From contig OZ024743.1 of NCBI GenBank assembly GCA_964016885.1, positions 42,284,001 to 42,348,000 on the forward strand: a stretch of DNA of 64,000 bases. Reading direction: 5' to 3'. How positions within the stretch are numbered: position 1 is the stretch's first letter; every line of letters begins with the position of its first letter. The translations under genes were made by a program, and so were the position numbers. Below the pieces are notes generated by a model that worked only from the letters and a program-made list of their open reading frames with translations, ran no database searches and was not told the origin of the DNA. The stretch comes from Eledone cirrhosa. Taxonomy: Eukaryota. Of this stretch, positions 40,323 through 51,412 are shown in pieces.

Positions 40323-40675
40323 AGGAGTGGCATAGGCAGAGTGAACCTGCCTATAGAATTCTTTCTGCCTTTGTTATTCTAAATTAGAGTACACTATTGT
40401 CGTTTTGGATATGATAATAGCATAGTGAAATTTAAAAAATTCCTCTCCTCTAAACCCATCAACCAATGCCCTCCACCCATCCCAATCACCACTCTCTCCT
40501 ACCACCAGAAAATATATAAATACCACCATATTACTTCGACAGGTGACTCCTGCTGATTTCTCCCGAATGAAACAGTTCTAAACGTGTAGAAGCCTTTCTA
40601 TATTAAATAATGATACTCTGCTTTGTATTGACTACCTTACCTACTGTGGTTACTCCCGATTGAAGCGGGGATAAA

Positions 40676-40678
<3 letters not shown>
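40323..40678 (+). mobile_element. Family D terminus with decayed HHR (40545-40593)
   Basis: gactc-CTGCTGA-tttc tccc gaat-GAAAC...GTA-gaagc. Confidence 0.75.
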
Positions 40679-40737
<59 letters not shown>

Positions 40738-40789
40738 TATATATTTATGTATATATAATAGATGTAATCTGAGTTTTACGAATAATAAT

Positions 40790-40980
40790 AATAAATGTTT
40801 CTACTTCAGGCACAAGGCCAGCAATTATCCAGTGCATTACTGGCACTTTATTTTATCGACCCCGTAAGGATGAAAGGCAAAGTCAACCTCGGCGGGATTT
40901 GAACTCAGATCGTAAAGGGACGTAACTATGCTGGAAAGCATGGCGTCCGACCCTCTACCGATACTGCTACTCCACCGCCC
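40790..40980 (-). mobile_element. tRNA-type SINE (cephalopod-like, Meta-domain-like core)
   Basis: Minus strand GAGTTCAAATCCC B box then gccgaggttgactttgcctttcatccttacggggtcgataaaataaagtgccagt. Copies at 44913-45050, 45240-45425 and 46953-47100. Confidence 0.8.
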
Positions 40981-41081
40981 TACGAATAATAATAATAATA
41001 ATGTTCGATTCGATTTTATCTATAAAGCCATGTCAGTAGAATGAGTCCCTCATTCTTGCTCTTGTGTAGGCAGAAGATAAC

Positions 41082-41159
<78 letters not shown>

Positions 41160-41255
41160 TTGAGTATATGTTGGTTGTATACCAACGCCTCAGTATGCAG
41201 ATTGGAGCACTCGACGAAGTGCGCAGGTTGGTTTAGTTACTCCATATATATATGC

Positions 41256-41288
<33 letters not shown>

Positions 41289-42059
41289 CATGTAAAGTTA
41301 TATTTAAAATTGTTGGGTTACAACTAGTAAATATTTATAACTGATATAAAAGCACTCGACAAATACTTGGAGTATATTTACAATATTAATAACCACAAGA
41401 ATTCTTTCACAGATCCAAATAAAAAATCTTCAACGGCACTATCAGGTGTACTCTGGCAACTTAAGCTAGATAACGTTAGATATTCGACGGCTTGGAATAT
41501 AGTCTCAAGAGGGATTCCTTTTAATTCATCCTCTGAGACATGTGACCTCTGCGCAGAGGAGATATTCTTTATACTAAAATCTAAAAATTCCCTTAACCTA
41601 CGGACAAATTTATTCAGTTGTTGCAAACATAGATTAAACTCAACGTTTAAATATAAATTTAAATTTAAAATGTAGTATATTTAGTTTGATTTATATTTAT
41701 ATGAGAACTAGCCGATAAATCTTTTGATTCCTAAATCTTTGATTCCCTCTTTTTACTCTTTTTATTGTTTATTTTATTTTATTTATTTTTATTTTTATTT
41801 TTATTTTTATTTTTATCTAAACATTCCTCATGAAAAATTAAGCTACCCTAAAAGCCGATGCTCCAAATCTTTTGAATTAACCTTACACTTGATAAACTTA
41901 TATATTAAATATAGGAACATATGTAGACATTATTGGACATCATAATCTTTTTTGCGATATTCCTTGCTAGATGTGATTTGATAGATAATTTTTGGCTTTG
42001 TTTTGTAGTGAACTTGGCAATATATTGTCAATTAACTTTGAAGGGTTGTTCTTTGTGGT

Positions 42060-42147
42060 TTATTTTTATTTTTATTTTTATTTTTATTTTTATTTTTATT
42101 TTTATTTTTATTTTTATTTTTATTTTTATTTTTATTTTTATTTTTAT
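42060..42147. repeat. (TTTTTA)n hexamer microsatellite
   Basis: Directly visible. Confidence 0.95.
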
Positions 42148-42841
42148 TCTTTTAGTATTGTAGTATTCTATAATATTTTTATTTTTTATTTTATTTTATT
42201 TTTATTTTTAATATTTTTTATATGTAAATTTTTATTTTTAATATTTTTATATGTAAAGTTTTAATACGTAATATTTTTAATACGTATTATTTTTAATACG
42301 TAGTATTTTTAATATGCAATATTTTTATTATGTAATATTCTTTCGTAATATTCTTTTTTAGTTTTCTATTCTATATTTTTATATTTTTATATATTTTTAC
42401 TTATTATCATTATTATTGTTATCTCTGCTTATAATATAATATATATTTTCGATTAGTATATTGAAATCTGCTCTCTATTTCTGCTTGATAGATAATCTTG
42501 TAGAGTAATCGCAAGAATAATAATACGCTCAAATTTTTATACCACATTGAGAACGTTTTCCGGTAACTTTGAATTTGCGGAGTGAATCAGTTGGATTCAC
42601 ATAGACATATGAATTTTTTAAAAAACTAAACATAAGATAATGAATTTTCACGCATTGTGAATACTTGTTTCATTCAGGAATACTGATATTTACAATATAG
42701 TGTAAGTTTTATAAATACTAATACATTAAAACATAGGGTTTTCTACGCCTCGAATATGTCTGGCTATTTTTAAATTTTTTTTTTCTCTCTCTATATCTCT
42801 CTATATCTCTCTATATATCTCCCTTACATTAATACTTGAGC

Positions 42842-42876
<35 letters not shown>

Positions 42877-43251
42877 ATGCATCATTGATACACTTACTCA
42901 AAATGACCTCCCACTACCTAATTTTTCTATATCTATATTTATATATGTATCTATCTCTATTTCCTCTCTCTCTATATATATATATATATCTCTTTCTGTC
43001 TCTTTACATGAAGCTCTTCGCTTTATCTATTTTTCCATCTCTCTATTTTGTCCCATGCATTTCTTCTTTTTCTTTTTCTTCTTTTTCTTCCTTTTCTTCG
43101 TTTTGTCTTTCTTTCTTTCTTATTTCCCTCTTTTTTCTCTCTCTCTTTCTTTCTCTCTGTATTTTCACTGCTAGAGTAAACCTCTTCAAATGAAGTTGAT
43201 GTTTATTACGGTATGTCGAATATATTTATCTATAAAACTGTTTATATTGTA

Positions 43252-43313
43252 TTTTGTCTGATGAAGGCATAGCATATTGTTAATATGATATCCCCGAAAT
43301 ATATATAATGAAA
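43252..43313 (+). ncRNA. Type I hammerhead ribozyme
   Basis: ttttgt-CTGATGA-agg..catatt gtt aatatg..ccc c-GAAA-tatata-TA-atgaaa; palindromic stem III. Confidence 0.65.
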
Positions 43314-43353
43314 TAAATATGGTTTTATAAATATAGTTTTCCATTTATTTAAT

Positions 43354-43429
<76 letters not shown>

Positions 43430-43430
<1 letters not shown>

Positions 43431-43798
43431 CGGCGATGAATTAGTTTTGCGAGGTTTTTTACATGAAATCGTGTGTCGAAACAAATATTGTTATACTTGG
43501 AGATACTAAATAAAGATGTCGTAGAAAATACAATGTAACGGGAAGAAACAATAGCACCACTGACGATGTTGCAGATGTGCAACGAAAGAACTTTGATAAA
43601 CTATATATATGTTTTTGTGTCTATATTGTATCTGTATTATTTTTGACCGTTGGTCAGTCAATGGCAACATTGAGGACAGAATAAATTAGATTACCGATAT
43701 AAAAAACACAGAAGCGAAAAGTGAAAACCAACCAAACAGTGAGTGTGTTCTGTTATTAATTCTGGCAATATTACACAAATATGACCCTCCCCAAGTAT

Positions 43799-43807
<9 letters not shown>
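43430..43807 (+). mobile_element. Family C terminus with inversion and HHR-like motif at 43556-43597
   Basis: acca-CTGACGA-t gttgca gatg tgcaac-GAAAG-aa-CTT-tgat. Confidence 0.7.
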
Positions 43808-43874
<67 letters not shown>

Positions 43875-44912
43875 TTTATATATATATGCATGTATATTTT
43901 TACACACACGTGTGTGTGTGTCGCTCATGTTTTGACTAAGTCTTCTTTATAACATATAATGCTCAAAATACCTGAACCTGCATTATTTGTTTAGTTGAAC
44001 ATTTATTTAATTCTCATAAAGCAGCGTGTAGCTTCAATGTAATTTTTGTTGTTTGCTTCGTGTCCTTGTTTTTCAATCGGTCATTACAGAATGAGAAAAG
44101 CGAGATGAAAAACAGGATAATTTAATAAAAGCTATATTTTATTATGCTTAGAAAGACATTTCATTTTGATTATGTATTTTCAGCTTCGTTAATTGTATTC
44201 GCTCTGTGCGTATTTAGATAGCGCATCTTCAAACTCAAAAAATGTTCTGACATGTATAATGAAGTAACTGATGAGAATGATATGGGAATATATTGTTAAT
44301 AGCTTGAGAAAATGCAGTATCATCATGCAACCATCCTCAATATCATCATCAGTGAAGGTTTCTTGATTTGTGGATAAATAGTCCCGGAAGCGAGTTGTCC
44401 TTGAGCAAGGAACTTTATTTTAAATCCCTCTCCCCCAACCCACTTATCTTGCAAAAATGAATTCCAGATGTAATTCAAAGGGCAAAATAATGTCACGCCG
44501 AATTTTCTTTAGAACTGCATGAAGGCATAGTCAGTTGCAAGGTAATTCCGGTTTATCAAAGAACTGTAGCACTATTCGTCGGAACCGACATAAACGGAGC
44601 AATATCACAATAACTTCATCACTAACACAGATAATTATCAATGATATCATCATCAAACTGTTGATTAAAACATTCTTTTTAGACGTTTCTCAATAACATC
44701 AGAGAAAATTACTTATGACAAATTCCTTGTTGGCAGCATACATACGTATCCAAATTTGTCTAGAAAACAAGAGCAAATATTAAATACAGTAGTAAATAGT
44801 CGCAACTTATGGAGTAATAGAACTAGTAAAAACGCACAGAGCAAAGAATTTCCTATATGCAATTACACATACTCACATACACACAGGGATGCACTCACAC
44901 AATTATATATAT

Positions 44913-45050
44913 AGGCGGCGAATTGACAGTCATTAGAAAGTCTGATAGAATGATTTGTGGTGTTATTTTGAGATCAAATCCCGCCGAGGTCAACTTTGCC
45001 TTTCATCCTTCCGAGGTTGATAAAAAAGTACAGTCTAGTACTGGTGTCGA
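44913..45050 (+). mobile_element. tRNA-type SINE copy
   Basis: ggcggcgaattg...tcaaatcccgccgaggtcaactttgcctttcatccttccgagg. Confidence 0.75.
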
Positions 45051-45239
45051 ATCTTCCTCTATATCTCTTTCTCTCTCTCACACTCTCACTTTCTCTCCTT
45101 CTCTGGAAGAAATTTGCTGTACTGAGGCTTGGACGGGGATGGGCTCCGCCAGACTTTAAAGGCTGAAGAAAAATCTTGGGTTAATACTGTTTTTTTTCTT
45201 ATATTTGTTTTATTCATTATCATTACTATTATTAATAAT

Positions 45240-45425
45240 AGTTGTTTCTATTATGGCACAAGGCCAGCAATTATCTCAGTGCATTACTGGTACTTTGTTT
45301 TATCGACCCCGTAAGGTGGAAAGGCAAAGTTACCCTCGGCGGAATTTGAACTCAGACCGTAAATGGCCGTCACTCTATACTGCAAAGCAGGGTGTCTGAT
45401 CCTCTACCGATACTGCCAACCCTAC
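45240..45425 (-). mobile_element. tRNA-type SINE copy
   Basis: Near-colinear with 40790-40980. Confidence 0.8.
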
Positions 45426-45427
45426 AC

Positions 45428-45460
<33 letters not shown>

Positions 45461-45468
<8 letters not shown>

Positions 45469-46120
45469 CGTAAAATAAGAAAATTTTTTAAAAAATTAAA
45501 CAGAAATTAACTTACTTACTTAAATTTTCACTCCAACTAATTAGTTTCTGCAATGGGATAAAGACAGTTACGTAATGAACTGTTGAGAATTTCATTGCCT
45601 CATCAGGGAGATCTATTCTCAGCCAAGTCTCCAGGCAATGCGCGGACACTGGGGACTCATATAAAAATAATAATACCATCCCATTCCTACTGACTAGCCT
45701 CTGTGTCACGTGATTGATTCTTTAGAATCGGCCATATGACCAGTGGCAGTGAGAATGTTCAGTGCCTGGAATCCAGTCCTCGATAGCTGTTCCATTTACC
45801 GAATTATTATTATTTTTATATGAGTCCCCAGTGTCCGCGCATTGCCTGGAGACTTGGCTGAGAATAGATCTCCCTAATGACGCAATGAAATTCTCAACAG
45901 CTCATTACGTAACTGTCTTTATGCCATTGCAGAAACTAATTAGTTGGAGTGAAAATTTAAGTAAGTAAGTTAATTTTTAAAAAAATGTTTTAAAAGTTTT
46001 CTTACTTTACGTCTTTTATATTATTGTTCTGCATCCTCCTGCATTGAACCACCTAGGTACTATGACATAACCTGTGTATTTGCTGGCATTAGCGTACATC
46101 TGTGCGCTTATGTTAGTAGA
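45461..46120 (+). mobile_element. Fold-back element (arms 45461-45675 / 45803-46020) with an HHR in each arm
   Basis: Arms are near-identical (the same peptide appears on both strands in the ORF track); TA-flanked. Confidence 0.8.
45531..45610 (-). ncRNA. Intact type I hammerhead ribozyme (GUU triplet)
   Basis: ctcc-CTGATGA-g gcaatg...cattgc a-GAAAC-taatta-GTT-ggag. The + strand copy at 45870-45949 has CTAATGA. Confidence 0.8.
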
Positions 46121-46136
46121 TATATTAAATTATCTA

Positions 46137-46190
<54 letters not shown>

Positions 46191-46199
46191 CATATATAT

Positions 46200-46890
46200 A
46201 TTCTTATACTTTGGGAGGGTCATGTTGCCAATAAGAAACACACGCACCATCTGCTTTCACTTCAATTTATTATAAATTAAATTTATAAATTTCCGGTTGG
46301 TTGTTTGGTTCCACAATCAGACGATTGTTCATATATTGTCAAAGTTCTTTCGTCACACATTATGTGACCTCTTCAGAGACTGGGGATTATTTTCTTTGTT
46401 TTTGTGCCTCTCCTTTGTTCTGTCCTACGCCATCTTGTTTTTGTGTGTGTTATGTGCTTAGTTTGCGCGTGTTACATCCGGGTGTCTGTGTGTGTTTATA
46501 TTTGTTTATTTATATGTTACTGGTTGGTTGTTTGTTCTCTGTGTGTGTGTGTTTTCACTTTGTCCTTAATTGTAAGTTTTGATGTTGCTGTTCCATTCAT
46601 GTTTTCTATTTAATTTTGGTTGGAGTTCATTTATGTTTATTGCCTCTGTGATTTGTCTAAACATTGCGTCTTTTCTGTGTGTAGATTCTATTTTTATTTC
46701 TATGTTCTCTAATTTACCCTTATGTTCTATTTTAGCATGTTGATGGAGTACAGATGATTCTTTACTATCTTGAAGCCCTGGCCAGTGTGCATTTATCCGG
46801 TCCCCTATACTACGAGCTGTCTCACCTATGTACACTATATTCTTATGTACACTATCTACACTATATGTCTCACCTATGTACACTATATTC
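46200..46890 (-). mobile_element. PLE GIY-YIG 3' fragment with family C terminus and HHR-like motif at 46338-46380
   Basis: VYIGETARSIGDRINAH...SVLHQHAKIEH...RQITEAININELQPKLNRKHEW; gtct-CTGAAGA-g gtcaca taatg tgtgac-GAAAG-aa-CTT-tgac. Confidence 0.85.
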
Positions 46891-46952
46891 TATGTACACT
46901 ATATTCTATATTCTATGTACACTATATTCTATGTACACTATAAGAATAGTGT

Positions 46953-47100
46953 ACAAGGCCACTAATTACCCAGTGTATTACTGGTACTTTATTTTATCGA
47001 TGAAAGGCAAAGTTAACCTTGTCGGGATTTGAACTCAGAATGGAAAGGGCCATAACTCTATGTGTCAAAGCATGGCGTCCGACCCCTCCCGATACTACCA
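46953..47100 (-). mobile_element. tRNA-type SINE copy
   Basis: acaaggcc...tactggtactttattttatcgatgaaaggcaaagtt...gatttgaactcag. Confidence 0.75.
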
Positions 47101-48449
47101 AAGCAGTTGTAAAAACTGTCAAAAGAAATTGTATATATCAACTCCTAACCTTATCAGTTACCTACACAAAACCCAAACAGAACTTACGATTCAACTGAAC
47201 TCCACCTTAATACCCTCACAAAATACACTCACATCTAAATGACATCTGGACCATTATTATGAATGGTAATAGCACTTTCTATTTTTAACAAAGTGAATTC
47301 AAATAAAATCTTAACTAGTTGAACTTCCACCTTTACCACCACAGTTTCATAAATAATATATATATAAGAAAAAAGTTTGACAAAAAATTGTCGATCAAAC
47401 TGTTCATAAATTACATGAATAACATTTGTTAAATATATAATATTTAATATTTTATAAGATTGTTATACCAATGCGAACCGGCTATATTTAATGCAACAAT
47501 TATAAAATTATTCATTCTGTCTGATTAAAGAAAAAGATAATCTTTAAATATACCTTTGTGTATTTCCACCTTCACATTTTAACAATAATAATTTTCTATA
47601 TGGGGTTTCATCTCATTTTTCAACAGTGTATATACACTACTCCGGACACACTCACAATCGAGTATTACGTGGTAGTAAGTACCATGATTTTACTAAATGA
47701 TTTAGGTGCCCAAGACTTAGTGAGCGAAAGACACTCTCGAATCCATTTTTTTCGATTCAGTGGAACATTCAGAATGTGAAGGATTGAAGTAGAGAGGGGT
47801 ACACCAAACGAAGAAATGGAATGTAACGTGGTCTCAACTGGATTTGAACACATAAAACATTTCCGATGAATTTCCTATATTAATCGCCTATTCATATAAA
47901 TACAAAGATATGTACGTATGATGAGTTTTATTACTCTGGAGATTCACGTGTATGCGCAGACGCAAAGTCGAAGACAAAGACACATACACACACACATACG
48001 CACGCACACACACACACATACACATAGTTATAGTTATATATATATAACTATAACTACATAGCAATTACAATCCTTTACCAATGTTTCCACAGACAGGTTC
48101 ATGTCCGCATATTTTTCGAGAAAATTCATTGGAGACAATGTTTATTTTCGTAATATTGAGTTTTCCTTGGATAATGTTAGTATATCAGAATAAAAGTTTA
48201 ATTTATTCCGTACACTAAATTAGTTATTGTGCACCACTTTTATCAATTTCCTGTATTCATGATGAATCTCTTTACTGTATACACACATAACACATGGCTA
48301 GGCACTACCCATATATAAATAATTAGATGTCTTGCTTCAAATATTTGTTTACCTCCTTTGGAAATTTTGTATGTCGTCCTGTCTGCTTTTACTGTATCCA
48401 TATATGGTGTATCTATTTGTATAATTAACCATTCTTAAATACGTCTCCT

Positions 48450-48573
<124 letters not shown>

Positions 48574-48645
48574 AGAAATATATATATATATATATATATA
48601 TTTCTCGCTCTCTCTCTCTCTCTCTTTATATATATATATATATAT

Positions 48646-48712
<67 letters not shown>

Positions 48713-48745
48713 AAAATGTATGACCCCGACGGCAGAGCTCAAGCC

Positions 48746-48797
<52 letters not shown>

Positions 48798-48799
48798 AT

Positions 48800-51015
48800 A
48801 TTCGGTGATATTAAATAAATGGAAACTATATTTATAAAAGCATATTTATTATATTATATATATTTCAAGGGTACAAAAACTTTGGTACGCTCTCATCAGA
48901 TAATATATAAAGTTTGTTTTATAAATGTTAACATAACCAAGAAAGATACCTTAACGGTTCAAGATTTTCTTGGATAGTGAAGAAAAAGAGAAGAAAAGTC
49001 ACATATTTCGAATTATTAAGATGAGTATGCAAATGATGTTGAGGTATAGGGCTGAAAAAACTTTATTTTTAGGCGCTATGCATAATTTAAATAATTAAGT
49101 TATATGTATTTACGTTAATTTATAAGGAAGTAATAATTTGCAGGAATGGTGGAATATGATTCCAGAATTTAAATTTATTTAGCTATATTATGAGGTATAA
49201 AATTGTATATATAATCAATTAGATTATTTGAAGAATTATGGTTCTAAGTAGATTACATTACAACAGGTTGTAAGTATATAAATATCTTTATAGATTAATA
49301 ATTGTGCATGTATATGTATTATAGAAATAGAAATATGTTACAATTATTAGTTGTTTACATTTCTCATATGGGTTACGATGGATATTGATTCTGCATTTTA
49401 CATAAAAAACACGTAGTTCAAGTTGTAAGAGGAGACCAATTTGTAGATTCAAATATTTTGTTTCAACATTGAAAATATTTTCAGAATATTGTCAATTTAG
49501 CAAAGTTATATAGTTTATCATACATATTATATTATAATACAATGTTCATGTTTGCACGATTGAAAAGGAAAAGATAACTCCAATCTTGTTTGCTAACCGT
49601 TATATTTGATGAATGATTTACTCAGAAAATATATAGAGAAAATTATATATTATTTTGTGAGATTAATTTTAATTATATATTATTTTAGTCGAAAGCTGTG
49701 TGAAAGTTTGAAGATCAAAGAAGAGGAAAAAAGTAATGTGCATTTAGAAGAACTATCGTAAAGAGGATAAACTTTCAGAATGTCAAAGATTATCAATCTA
49801 CATCTAACATATATATAGAGAGGGGTATCATTAAGAAAATAATGTCAAATGGTAAAAATAGTAAAAATATTTCAAAAATATTACAAAGATATTACAAAAT
49901 TAAGAAGGAACGTCATGTAAAAAATTTAAATTTAAATTTTTAAAGAAAGTACTCAGTAAACAATAGTGTCATTTTAAAGGTGTATAACATATAGTCAAGT
50001 GTAATGAATATCTTGAATTAAAAGTACTTCTGAAAGTGGAATTTTGGCGATGTCTGCAACTAGAAAATAATTATGTTTTAAGATTAATAGCGTTTTGACA
50101 GTTAATTATATAGAAAATTATATCGAAAAAAGTAATGGCATTCCGAAGAACTATCGTAAAGAGGATAAACTTTCAGAATATGAATTAAAGATTATCTATC
50201 TACATCGAAAAAAAATATATATATTCAGAAAATAATGTCAAATGGTAAAAATAGTAAAAATATTTCAAAAATATTACAAAAATATTAGAAAATTATGAAA
50301 GAAGGTCATTTAAAAGAATTTAAATTTAGATGTTTAAAGAAAGTACTCATTAAATAATAGGATCATTTTAAAGGTGTATAAGATATAGTCAAGTGTAATG
50401 AATATCATAAATTAAAAATACTTCTGAAAGTTGAATTTTGGCGATGTCTGCAACTAGAAAATAATTATGTTTTAAGATTAATAGAGTTTTGACAGTTAAT
50501 TATATAGAAACTTTCCTCGATACACAAGTTACAGAATCTTGAGAAAGCCATATTTCGGTATGCAGGTGCTTTCGAAATCATTCCCCAAGATATCGAATAG
50601 TCTATATTGTTGTCTTTTAAATTCCAAATTAAATGTTAAAGTGAAGTATAATATATTTTATCGGATCTATTAAATGTGTGTTTATGGTTTAACCAACGTT
50701 CTTTAAATGTTGTAGAAGTGGCACCAATACAGTTAAATCTGTTGTCTCTAGTTTTAACTGTGCATTTATAAATTACGTTTTTGTCTAAGCAATTATTTTG
50801 TAAAGGACAGTTTGATTTAATTCGAAAGTTACATTTTCTAGAGTTGTTATTCGGAACGGTACTATTATTATGAATATTGTTGTTAGAAATATTATTATTG
50901 TTATCTTGGTTTAAATTTAAGTTTCTATTATTTATTCTATTTAATATTTGTGCTATGTTCATAGTAGTAGAGTAGGGTAGTTTTATAGTGTCTCTGTTAA
51001 AAATAGAGTGGTATC
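48800..51015 (-). mobile_element. PLE GIY-YIG end plus 3' UTR (coding part in the same family as 33900 element)
   Basis: RYHSIFNRDTIKLPYSTTMNIAQ...SNCPLQNNCL...CIGATSTTFKERWLNHK. About 395-bp tandem duplication 49728-50117 / 50126-50508. Confidence 0.85.
48852..48903 (-). ncRNA. Type I hammerhead ribozyme at the PLE 3' end
   Basis: tat-CTGATGA-gagcgtac caaagttttt gtaccctt-GAAA-tatata-TA-ata. Confidence 0.7.
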
Positions 51016-51034
51016 TATATATAGATATATAGAT

Positions 51035-51412
51035 ATTTGTTTTGCGAGGTTTTTGATATGAAATCGTGTGTCGAAACAAATATTGTTATACTTGGGGAGG
51101 GTCATATTGTTGTAATAATATTGCCAGAAATAACAATACAACTGATTGGTTGGTTTTCGCTTCTGTATCTTTTATATCTCCACAGTTAATTTATTTGGTC
51201 TTCAATGTTTATCATTGACTGACCAACGGTCAAAAATGCAGTTATAAATACATACCGCTGGTCAATCAATGATAAACATTGAGGACCCAATGAATTAACA
51301 GTGGAGATATAAAAAATACAGAAGCGAAACCCGACCAAACAGTGAGTGTGTTCTGTTATTATTTCTGGCAATATTATTATAACAATATGACCCTCCCCAA
51401 GTATAACAATAT
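51035..51412. mobile_element. Family C terminus with fold-back 51080-51412
   Basis: About 150-bp diverged arms ending atatgaccctccccaagtataacaatat. Confidence 0.8.

Larger units (their letters stand above)
41345..43360 (+). mobile_element. PLE GIY-YIG C-terminal fragment plus long 3' UTR
   Basis: NNHKNSF...STALSGVLWQLK...WNIVSRG...CDLCAEEIFFILKS...LNLRTNLFSCCKHR; HHR near the 3' end. Confidence 0.8.
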
